From contig JAUSNP010000003.1 in NCBI GenBank assembly GCA_030645735.1, forward strand, positions 167,411 to 231,410: a DNA stretch of 64,000 bases. The letters are read 5' to 3'. Source of the stretch: Candidatus Moraniibacteriota bacterium (GTDB lineage Bacteria; Patescibacteriota; Minisyncoccia; Moranbacterales; UBA2206). A model generated the notes under the pieces. The model had not been told where the DNA came from, did not search any database, and was given only the letters and a program-made list of their open reading frames with translations. This document shows positions 49,745-57,556 of the stretch, piece by piece. The translations under genes and the position numbers were made by a program. Within the stretch, counting starts at the first letter, position 1. Each line of letters begins with the position of its first letter.

Positions 49745-49914
49745 CACGTTAGCAGATTAGCACGTCAGCACCGTGTTAACGTGTTAAAATGCTAACGTGT
49801 TAACGTGGCTAAGGAGTTATCCACACCTATGAATTTGACAGTGATGGTATCAGTGATATAATATCATTGTGGAGTTAAATCTTCCAAAAATTAACTAGTA
49901 AAATAAAAAACAAT

Positions 49915-50934
49915 ATGAAAGAGGAAAGCACCAAGATGAGTGAGAATGACAAAAAAGTGGAAACCGTAGTTGACTCGATCAAGGAAAAATTCGGTGACGG
50001 AATTATTATGAAGTTGGGTGACGTGAAAAGAGTGGATGTAGAATCAATTCCAACTGGCGCAGTTTCTCTAGACATCGCTTTGGGCATAGGCGGCATTCCA
50101 AGGGGTCGTGTGATTGAAATCTATGGGCCAGAATCTTCCGGAAAAACAACTCTGACTTTACATATCATTGCCAATGCACAAAAAGCTGGCGGGACTGCCG
50201 CTTTCATTGACGCCGAACATGCGCTTGATCCAGAATATGCCAAGAAGATTGGTGTGAACATCAATGACCTCTTGATTTCGCAACCAGACAATGGCGAACA
50301 AGCTTTGGACATCGTGGACGCCCTGGTAGTTTCTGGAGCCATCAGCGTGATTGTGGTTGACTCAGTGGCGGCCTTGGTGCCAAGAGCAGAGATTGAAGGC
50401 GACATGGGCGATCAACATATGGGACGTCAAGCTAGACTTATGTCACAAGCTTTGCGCAAGTTGACTTCAATCGTAGCCAAATCAAATTGCACCGTCATCT
50501 TCATCAATCAAATCAGAATGAAAATTGGCGTGGTCTTTGGCAATCCAGAAACAACCACTGGAGGCAATGCTTTGAAATTCTATTCATCAGTTCGCATTGA
50601 AGTGCGCAAAGCGGCGCAAATCAAAAAAGGTGAAGACATTGTTGGCAATCGTGTGAAAGTGAAGATTGTGAAAAACAAAGTGGCCCCACCTTTCAAAACA
50701 ACTGAGTTTGACATCATGTATAACGAAGGAATTTCTGCCTCAGGTGATGCGCTCGACACAGGCGTGAAATATGAAGTCATTGCTAAGAAAGGTAATTCAT
50801 ATTCTTTCGGCGAAGTGAAACTTGGAGTTGGTCGTGAAGCCGCCAAACAAATCATCAAAGATGATCCGAAACTCATCAAAGAAATTACTAAAGAAATTAA
50901 CAAAAAAATAAAAGAGATAGAGTTAGCGGCATAA
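49915..50934 (+). CDS. recA: Recombinase A
   Basis: [29 protein letters not shown]. Confidence 0.99.
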   Translation: MKEESTKMSENDKKVETVVDSIKEKFGDGIIMKLGDVKRVDVESIPTGAVSLDIALGIGGIPRGRVIEIYGPESSGKTTLTLHIIANAQKAGGTAAFIDAEHALDPEYAKKIGVNINDLLISQPDNGEQALDIVDALVVSGAISVIVVDSVAALVPRAEIEGDMGDQHMGRQARLMSQALRKLTSIVAKSNCTVIFINQIRMKIGVVFGNPETTTGGNALKFYSSVRIEVRKAAQIKKGEDIVGNRVKVKIVKNKVAPPFKTTEFDIMYNEGISASGDALDTGVKYEVIAKKGNSYSFGEVKLGVGREAAKQIIKDDPKLIKEITKEINKKIKEIELAA

Positions 50935-51111
50935 AATATTTTTTGCAAAATAAATAGAACATAAAAATTATACAACCTTGACTTTTCCATTTAGAAGGTG
51001 TATAATAAGTCTATAAGAGTAAAAAGACGGGTGAATTCCCGCCTTTTTCTTTTGTTTAAAAATAGTTAATTAATAAATTTTTCCATCGGGGGATGGAACA
51101 AAAACAAAAAT

Positions 51112-51258
51112 ATGGAAGCACCAAAAAAATGCGATTGTCCGCATTGTGATGCGAGAGCAAAAGAGCATGCGAGGAATGAAGAGACTGGTCTCGCCATTCT
51201 AATCATGTTGATGCCAGTAATGACATTGACTCTTTTGTCCAACGCAGGCTTGTTTTAA
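51112..51258 (+). CDS. Small membrane protein (48 aa, CxCxxC), below the ORF-track cutoff
   Basis: MEAPKKCDCPHCDARAKEHARNEETGLAILIMLMPVMTLTLLSNAGLF; own promoter and terminator. Confidence 0.65.
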   Translation: MEAPKKCDCPHCDARAKEHARNEETGLAILIMLMPVMTLTLLSNAGLF

Positions 51259-51344
51259 AAAATACGCAGAATAAAGAAGTAAAGTTAAAATTAAATACAA
51301 AAACAAAAAACACCTCGCGGTGTTTTTTGTTTTGTGATTTGTGT

Positions 51345-51444
51345 TGTCATTCCGGCCTTGAGCCGGAATCTACACACCGTATCATGAATTTAAATTTGTT
51401 TCAGTAGAATGCAAAGTAGATCCCGGGTCAAGCCCGGGATGACA
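51345..51444. repeat. Paired-palindrome element (GTCATTCCGG..CCGGAATC / GATCCCGG..CCGGGATGAC)
   Basis: Inverted pair of hairpins; relative at 60516-60592. Confidence 0.75.
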
Positions 51445-51446
51445 GG

Positions 51447-52004
51447 CTATGCGCGTCCAACATATTCCCCGCGTTCAGTGTTGACGATGATTTTGTCACC
51501 TTCATTAACGAAAAGTGGAGCAGATACGCGTAGGCCAGTTTCCAGTTTGACGACCTTGCCGCCAGTGGAAACAGTGTTACCTTTGATTCCCGGTGGAGCT
51601 TCGACAACTGTCAAAGTCACCTTGACTGGAATTTCGATGTTGATGGGTGTGTCATTGAAATTGAGAACGATAACTTCGGTGCCCTCGAGAAGATAGTCAG
51701 TGGCTGAACCCAAAACTTGCTTGGATAGGGTGAACTGTTCATAGGACTCATTGTCCATAAAAGCAAAGTCATCCCCTTCTTTGTAGAGATATTGCGCTTT
51801 GGATTTTCGGATGTCAGCTTCTTCGAGCTTATCAGCACCTTGGAAGGTCTTTTCTAGAACTGCGCCTGTGATCAAATTCTTGAGCTTGGTGCGTAGAACT
51901 GAGCCAGCACGTCCAGTCTTTGATTGTTCATGAAAGAGGACCGCATAGGGCGCTTTTTCATGCACAATGTTCTTGCCTGATTTGATATCGCTAATATTAA
52001 GCAT
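51447..52004 (-). CDS. efp: Elongation factor P
   Basis: RTKLKNLITG, PGIKGNT, LETG...PLFVNEGD..VNTERGEYVGRA; start at ATG 52004. Confidence 0.95.
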   Translation of the reverse strand: MLNISDIKSGKNIVHEKAPYAVLFHEQSKTGRAGSVLRTKLKNLITGAVLEKTFQGADKLEEADIRKSKAQYLYKEGDDFAFMDNESYEQFTLSKQVLGSATDYLLEGTEVIVLNFNDTPINIEIPVKVTLTVVEAPPGIKGNTVSTGGKVVKLETGLRVSAPLFVNEGDKIIVNTERGEYVGRA

Positions 52005-52014
52005 AGGCATGAAA

Positions 52015-52414
52015 CATGAAACATATAACATGTAACAATTTTTTAGAAAGTTGCTACATGTTTCATGCTGTATGTTATATGATTTATTTATTTGACTACG
52101 AAAGGAACCAAGGCCATCACGCGAGCTTTCTTGATAGCAGAAGCCAAAGCGCGTTGGTGCTTGGCGCAAGTTCCATGTCTCTTTGGAGGATAGATCTTGC
52201 CTTGAGAGTTGGTAAATCTTTTGATCAAGTAGACATCCTTGAAGTCAATTTGATCCATTTTGATATCACAGAAATGACAGATTTTCTTTTCTGTCTTCGT
52301 GCTATCGTTATTGTTGTTATTGTATATTTTCACTAGTTTATGAAGCATGAAACATATAACATGTAACAATTTTTTAGAAAGTTGCTACATGTTTCATGCT
52401 GTATGTTACATGAT
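52015..52414. repeat. 69-bp direct repeat (52015-52083, 52346-52414) flanking rpsR
   Basis: CATGAAACATATAACATGTAACAATTTTTTAGAAAGTTGCTACATGTTTCATGCTGTATGTTA(T/C)ATGAT; one mismatch. Confidence 0.92.
52088..52333 (-). CDS. rpsR: 30S ribosomal protein S18 (zinc-binding type)
   Basis: CHFC, IDFKD, GKI, GTCAKHQR.LA.AIKKAR.MALVPF; GTG start inferred. Confidence 0.95.
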   Translation of the reverse strand: MKIYNNNNNDSTKTEKKICHFCDIKMDQIDFKDVYLIKRFTNSQGKIYPPKRHGTCAKHQRALASAIKKARVMALVPFVVK

Positions 52415-52415
52415 A

Positions 52416-52898
52416 TTAAAAGGGCACATCTTCCAATCGAACCTCGTCTTGTTCTTCGTCGAGGTTGATAGTTGGAATTTCTTCTTCCATGCGTGGTGCG
52501 TTGTTTTGCGCAGATTGTTGTGGAGCGCTCACTGGTTTGTTGAATGAGCCTGGTGCGCTAGAAGTTCCAGCGGCTCGAGAACCAAGTTGCATATTTTCAG
52601 CTACAACCTCAGTTGTTCGTCGTTCAATACCATCTTTGCCGGTGTATTTGCGAGTTTCCATTCGACCTTCGATGAAAGCTTCTTGTCCCTTGGTCAAATA
52701 TTGGCCAGCAATTTCAGCTAGGCGTCCCCAAAGAACAACATTGTGAAATTCAGTTTTGTCTTGGCGTTGCCCGCTTTTGTCTTTCCAAAAACGATTAGTA
52801 GCTAGACTCAAGGTGGCTACTGATTGTCCACCTGGGGTGTTTCTGATTTCTGGATCGCGAGTTAGGCGACCAACTAACATTACTTTGTTAAGATTCAT
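52416..52898 (-). CDS. ssb: Single-stranded DNA-binding protein
   Basis: MNLNKVMLVGRLTRDPE; acidic tail ending DVPF. Confidence 0.97.
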   Translation of the reverse strand: MNLNKVMLVGRLTRDPEIRNTPGGQSVATLSLATNRFWKDKSGQRQDKTEFHNVVLWGRLAEIAGQYLTKGQEAFIEGRMETRKYTGKDGIERRTTEVVAENMQLGSRAAGTSSAPGSFNKPVSAPQQSAQNNAPRMEEEIPTINLDEEQDEVRLEDVPF

Positions 52899-52989
52899 TT
52901 ATTTTTATGGTAACTAGTAACTCGTAACTTGTGACTAGAAATATTTTTTCAAAAACTAGTGACTGATTACGGATGACTGATTACTAAAA

Positions 52990-53493
52990 TTAGATATTTA
53001 ATATTTCTTCTAATTTTTTGTCGATGTCTTCGGTGGCTTTCTTTTCTTCTACTGCAGTCACTACTTCTTCCTTAACTTCTTCTTTCTTTTCAGCAACTGG
53101 AGCCACTTTGGCAGCTACAACAGGCGCTTTTTCTTCTTTTGGTTTTCTCTCTGGTTTTGCAGAAGCAGCAGCAATTCTTTCTTCCTTAGTTTTTAGTTCT
53201 GGAAGTTCGTCAGCGCGACTCACAACTGAGCGCAAGATGTTGGTGCAAAGATTCAATTTGCGTGTGATTGCTTGAAGTTTTTCAGTTTCTTCAATGTTGA
53301 ATCGACGAGCCACATAAACTCCGTGAGTTTCATGTTTGATTTGGTAGGCCAACTTTCGCTTTTCAGCTACTTCTTTTTCCTCGAAAACTCCACCTTCAGA
53401 GGTGACAATTTCCTCAGCTTCCTTCTTGATTGCTTCCAGTTCAGTCTCTTTTGAGGCTGCAACTAGATAGAACAGTTCGTACTTCATAAGCAT
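52990..53493 (-). CDS. rpsF: 30S ribosomal protein S6 with long C-terminal tail
   Basis: MKYEL, KRKLAYQIK...GVY; rpsF-ssb-rpsR synteny. Confidence 0.93.
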   Translation of the reverse strand: MLMKYELFYLVAASKETELEAIKKEAEEIVTSEGGVFEEKEVAEKRKLAYQIKHETHGVYVARRFNIEETEKLQAITRKLNLCTNILRSVVSRADELPELKTKEERIAAASAKPERKPKEEKAPVVAAKVAPVAEKKEEVKEEVVTAVEEKKATEDIDKKLEEILNI

Positions 53494-53718
53494 ACTCGCG
53501 AATTGAGAGCGAATTGTCAGCTAATGAAAGCTAATATTATTCGTTCCAATTTGCTTTGAATTAGTTAATAATTAGTGAGTTAAAAACACAAAATCCCCCA
53601 GAAAAGCCAAAATCCTGACGGAATGTTGACCTTCTTATCCCTGAATGCTCAGGGCGAGAAGCTCGTTGGACTTTCTAAGTTGTTTATAGTGTACTGGAAC
53701 TCTGGGCTTAGGTCAATA

Positions 53719-53746
53719 TTGACAAAATATCAAATAAGTGTATAAT
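53719..53746 (+). promoter_or_regulatory. Sigma70-type promoter for the DGR target gene
   Basis: TTGACA-16 nt-TATAAT. Confidence 0.6.
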
Positions 53747-53833
53747 ATGGAGTTAGTTCTTTTCAGGCAAATCTGGGGCTTTGGCATTGGGTCAGAGTGA
53801 GGGATAAGCCAAATAAAAGGAGTAGGTGGTGTT

Positions 53834-54457
53834 ATGGCTAAGAATAAAAATGTTTCGTTGTTAGTCAGCGCAGCGGGCTGGATTGCTGGATTGGTAGAAT
53901 TTCTCGTCAGAGCCTTGCGTGAGCGAGGAGTCACAGATGATGAGATTCATGCCCTCGTCACGGAAAAAGGCGAAGCATTGATGGCCAAGATTGCTGATGT
54001 AATCGCTGAGTTTGTGAAGGCGACGAAAAAAATCGTCTACACAATCACCGTGGATTATGCGACAAGTGTGGATGAGCTGGTAAAACTTGGAAAGTATGAT
54101 TGGGCAAATGATAATATTACCCAAAAAAACTTTCCAACTACGCGCACTGGCAAGGCGGATATTGAGATTGAACTCATCCACTTTGACCGTAGCATTTCCA
54201 GTGAGAAGGCACTTGAGGAAATGGACAGGATGGGTTATCGAGCAGCTGAAGTTCACGAGTTGTTGGCTTTCGGTGTAAAATACCCAGATGTCCAGCGTGA
54301 ATTTCCGGTCGTGGCTCTAGGCTCGGTTTGGCAGGACCCCGATGGCCTTCGCGATGTTGCGTGTCTCCGTCGCGATGCTTCGGATCGCTTCCTCAGCCTC
54401 CGTGCTTTCGGCCGTGACTGGACTGGCGCCTGCCGTTTCGCGGCCGTTCGCAAGTAG
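53834..54457 (+). CDS. DGR target protein with C-terminal variable region (CLec-like fold inferred)
   Basis: The last ~45 codons are the VR; ends RFAAVRK. Confidence 0.92.
   Translation: MAKNKNVSLLVSAAGWIAGLVEFLVRALRERGVTDDEIHALVTEKGEALMAKIADVIAEFVKATKKIVYTITVDYATSVDELVKLGKYDWANDNITQKNFPTTRTGKADIEIELIHFDRSISSEKALEEMDRMGYRAAEVHELLAFGVKYPDVQREFPVVALGSVWQDPDGLRDVACLRRDASDRFLSLRAFGRDWTGACRFAAVRK
54318..54451 (+). repeat. DGR variable repeat (VR)
   Basis: 134-bp ungapped match to TR with 24 substitutions. Confidence 0.96.
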
Positions 54458-54474
54458 TCTGCCGATAGGCGGAC
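54457..54474 (+). other. GC-rich hairpin immediately 3' of VR (candidate target-recognition cruciform)
   Basis: GTCTGCC-GATA-GGCGGAC; absent after TR. Confidence 0.65.
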
Positions 54475-54482
54475 AGCCCCTT

Positions 54483-54529
54483 GGGACCTTGGATTTCTTA
54501 TAACTTTTGAAATCCTTGGTCCCTTTTTG
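54483..54529 (+). terminator. Hairpin plus T-tract after the target gene
   Basis: GGGACC..GGATTTC/GAAATCC..GGTCCC-TTTTT. Confidence 0.6.
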
Positions 54530-54800
54530 TTTTTTTCAAAAATTTTTAATTTTTGAAAAAGGTGATAAAATTAAAAAAGATAGTAGACTCAAAATAAGTT
54601 TTTGGTTAAGACTGAAAACGGTCAAATTCTGGAATTATTAAATAGAGAATAGTGCTGGGTATGCTTAGTGCTAGAGTTGTTTTATAGTTTCTAAAAAATA
54701 AAGATACTTGGTGCAAGATATTATGGAATTAAAAGATTCCGGATTAGATTCAATCTCAAAAGAATTTTAGAGATGGTGGTGCGGGAGATATTTTGCACAA

Positions 54801-54934
54801 TAGGCTCGGTTTGGCAGAACCCCGATGACAATCGCAATGTTGCGTATCTCAATCGCAATGATTCGAATCGCAACCTCAACCTCAATGATTTCGACAATGA
54901 CTGGAATGACACCTGCCGTTTCGCGGCCGTTCGA
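54801..54934 (+). ncRNA. DGR template repeat (TR)
   Basis: 11 AAY codons in the VR frame; every difference from VR is at a TR adenine. Confidence 0.95.
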
Positions 54935-54948
54935 AACTCTCTTTATTT

Positions 54949-54977
54949 CCCGCCTCTTTTTTGGCGGGTTTTATTTT
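54949..54977 (+). terminator. Hairpin after TR (CCCGCC/GGCGGG plus T-rich tail)
   Basis: Lies between TR and the convergent avd stop. Confidence 0.6.
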
Positions 54978-55371
54978 ATTAATTGTTTTTGCCAGCCACC
55001 AAGCATTTTGCCGATTTCTTCTAGATGTTCAGAAAGAATAAGATATTTTTTGTTGTCTATCGATTTGATTTCCCAAGACATTTGAAGAAAAAATTTGAGA
55101 AGATCTAGTTTGGCATTGGCTTTTTGAACAAATGGAACTTTCTGTTCTTTGTTTAGTCGACTGGCTATGAAAATGTATTCAGTTGTTTCAATGAATAGGT
55201 TATCAATTTTTATTCCTAATGTGTAACGAGATGTTTTTGAAAAATGTGGCAAAAAATCATGCCACAACTTGTATGTCGTAAGTAATTTTTGAATTAAAGA
55301 TATATTTGTCCGGGGGGGGGGGTCTTAAAAGTAGAAGAATTATTGAAATTATGAAGATTCAACTGACTCAT
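54971..55371 (-). pseudogene. avd: Avd-like accessory four-helix-bundle gene, frameshifted at a G11/C11 tract (55312-55322)
   Basis: SLIQKLLTTYKLWHDFLPHFSKTSRYTLGIKID...LDLLKFFL...EIGKMLGGW; ATG 55371 is out of frame by one base. Confidence 0.75.
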
Positions 55372-56331
55372 ACATTTGCAGATATTATTTGTTTAGAAAA
55401 CTTGTTAGAAGCTTGGAAAGAATTTGTCAGAGGCAAAAGAAATAAAAAAGATGTCCAAGAATTTTCTTTGCATCTGATGGACAACATCTTTGCGCTTCAC
55501 CACGACTTAGTTAATCATACCTACAAACACGGTGGTTATCAAGCTTTCAAAATAAATGACCCCAAACCCAGAGACATTCACAAAGCCACGGTAGGTGACC
55601 GACTTTTGCATCATGCAATTTATCGAAAACTCTATCCATTTTTTGACAAGACTTTCATTGCTGATTCATATTCCTGCCGGATCAACAAAGGCACGCACAA
55701 GGCTATCAAAAAATTTAAAGCTTATTCTTTAATAGTAAGTAAAAACAACACCACAACTTGCTGGATTCTCAAATGCGACATCCGCAAATTCTTTGCCAAC
55801 ATTGACCACACAATTCTGATCAAAATTCTAGCTGAATATATTCCAGACAAAAACATTCTCGAACTGCTGGAAAATATTATTGAAAGCTTTGCAACTAAGC
55901 CTAATGTTGGCCTGCCACTTGGCAATCTCACTAGTCAATTGCTAGTTAATATTTATATGAACAAGTTTGATCAATTTGTGAAACATCAAATGAAAGCCAA
56001 ATACTATATCCGCTATGCTGATGACTTTGTGTTTTTAGCAGAAAGTAAAAGTGAACTAGAAGAAAAACTTTCAATTGTTGAAAAATTCTTAGCTACTAAG
56101 CTGAAACTAGAGATGCACCCAGACAAAGTTTTTATCAAAACGCTGGCAAGTGGTGTGGATTTTTTAGGTTGGGTAAATTTCTCAGATCATCGAGTCTTGC
56201 GAACAGCGACTAAAAAGAGAATGATGCGAAGAATTGAAGAAAATTCAAAAGAGGAGGTGATAAATTCGTATTTGGGTATGCTAAGACACGGGAATGGGAG
56301 AAAATTAATAACGAAGATTTCTAGATTTTGA
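55351..56331 (+). CDS. DGR reverse transcriptase
   Basis: KPRDI, DRLLHHA, KCDIRKFF.NIDH, GLPLGNLTSQ, RYADDF; 326 aa from ATG 55351 (in-frame TTG at 55306). Confidence 0.95.
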   Translation: MKIQLTHTFADIICLENLLEAWKEFVRGKRNKKDVQEFSLHLMDNIFALHHDLVNHTYKHGGYQAFKINDPKPRDIHKATVGDRLLHHAIYRKLYPFFDKTFIADSYSCRINKGTHKAIKKFKAYSLIVSKNNTTTCWILKCDIRKFFANIDHTILIKILAEYIPDKNILELLENIIESFATKPNVGLPLGNLTSQLLVNIYMNKFDQFVKHQMKAKYYIRYADDFVFLAESKSELEEKLSIVEKFLATKLKLEMHPDKVFIKTLASGVDFLGWVNFSDHRVLRTATKKRMMRRIEENSKEEVINSYLGMLRHGNGRKLITKISRF

Positions 56332-57367
56332 ATTCTACTACATCTCCATCTTGCATAATATAATCCTTGCCTTCAGTGCGCAGAGTGCCGAGTTCACGGG
56401 CTTTGCTCCAGCTTCCGGCTTCGAGAAGCTTGTCCCATTGAATGATTTCGGCGCGAATGAATTTGTCTTTGAAATCATTGTGAATGGCGGTGCCAGCCAT
56501 GGGCGCGGACCAACCCTTTTGAATGGTCCAAGCGCGAGTTTCTTCCACGCCGGTGGTCAAATAGGTGATGAGTCCCAGCAGGGAATAGGCGGTCACAATC
56601 AGTTCATCAATGTTGGAAGTGACGCCAAGTTCTTGCGCCTCTTCTTTAGTCATCTCAATCAATTCTTCCTCAATCTTGATGTCCAGTTTCACGTGGTTTC
56701 TTTTTTCCAAATTGTCAGACAATTTTTGGTTGATGTCGGCCACATTGTAGATATACAAGAATGGCTTCATGGTCAACAATGACATTTCTCGCACAATGAT
56801 TTTGGTGCTTTCATCTTCCATGTTCAGTTCAGTTTCATTGGCTAGTTTGCCCGCTTCCAAATTGGCATTGATTTTGTTGAGGATTTCCAATTGTTCAGCG
56901 GCGCCTTTTTTGTTGCCCCGCACATCTTTTTCTAAACGGATTTTGGTTTTTTGCACAGTTTCTAGATCAGCCAAAATGAGTTCTGTGTTGATGATTTCAA
57001 TGTCACTTTCTGGATCAATTTTGTTGTTGACATGAATGATTTGCGAATTGTCGAAAACCCGCACCACTTGGGCGATGGCATCCACTTCACGAATGTTGGC
57101 CAAGAATTTGTTGCCCAAACCTTCGCCCTCAGAAGCCCCTTTGACGATGCCAGCAATGTCCACAAATTCCACAATAGCTGGAATGATCTTCTTGGTTTGG
57201 CTCATAGCTGACAATTTGTCCAAACGCTCATCCGGCACTTTCACAATGCCAATGTTGGGTTCAATGGTGCAAAAGGGATAGTTGTTGATATCTACTTGAG
57301 TGCGGGTCAAAGCCTTGAAAAGGGTTGATTTTCCAACGTTTGGGAGGCCGACGATTCCAATTTTCAT
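56321..57367 (-). CDS. ychF: Redox-regulated ATPase YchF
   Basis: [49 protein letters not shown]. Confidence 0.97.
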   Translation of the reverse strand: MKIGIVGLPNVGKSTLFKALTRTQVDINNYPFCTIEPNIGIVKVPDERLDKLSAMSQTKKIIPAIVEFVDIAGIVKGASEGEGLGNKFLANIREVDAIAQVVRVFDNSQIIHVNNKIDPESDIEIINTELILADLETVQKTKIRLEKDVRGNKKGAAEQLEILNKINANLEAGKLANETELNMEDESTKIIVREMSLLTMKPFLYIYNVADINQKLSDNLEKRNHVKLDIKIEEELIEMTKEEAQELGVTSNIDELIVTAYSLLGLITYLTTGVEETRAWTIQKGWSAPMAGTAIHNDFKDKFIRAEIIQWDKLLEAGSWSKARELGTLRTEGKDYIMQDGDVVEFKI

Positions 57368-57556
57368 TTTTTCTACAAATTACGAATTAGTTGTGAATGT
57401 ACGAATTCTATACTAATATCTAGAAAGAATCAATGTTTTTGAAATTTAATCATTTGGATTTGATTTGACATTTGAAATTTTAAATTGGAAATTGGAGGGC
57501 ATAATATGGTATTATGGATATGTAAATTAATACAATTAACTGGTTAAATAAAAACT

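Larger units (their letters stand above)
53834..56331. mobile_element. Diversity-generating retroelement (target-VR, TR, avd, RT)
   Basis: TR/VR pair with adenine-only mismatches next to an RT and a four-helix-bundle gene. Confidence 0.96.

Noticed and set aside
52005-52169. N-terminal extensions of efp (and of rpsR to 52369)
   Set aside because: They translate the 69-bp repeat or the neighbouring gene; homology starts later.
53590-53690. Possible S6:S18 ribosomal leader upstream of rpsF
   Set aside because: Hairpins are present but the consensus could not be confirmed by eye; needs an Rfam search.
54773-55085. ORFs 54773-54982 and 54825-55085 over the TR
   Set aside because: The Asn-rich frame is the expected by-product of an AAY-rich TR; no evidence of translation.
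55306-56331. RT as a group II intron, retron or CRISPR-associated RT
   Set aside because: Short RT with a GNLTSQ motif, adjacent TR/VR and Avd; no intron RNA, msr-msd or cas genes seen.
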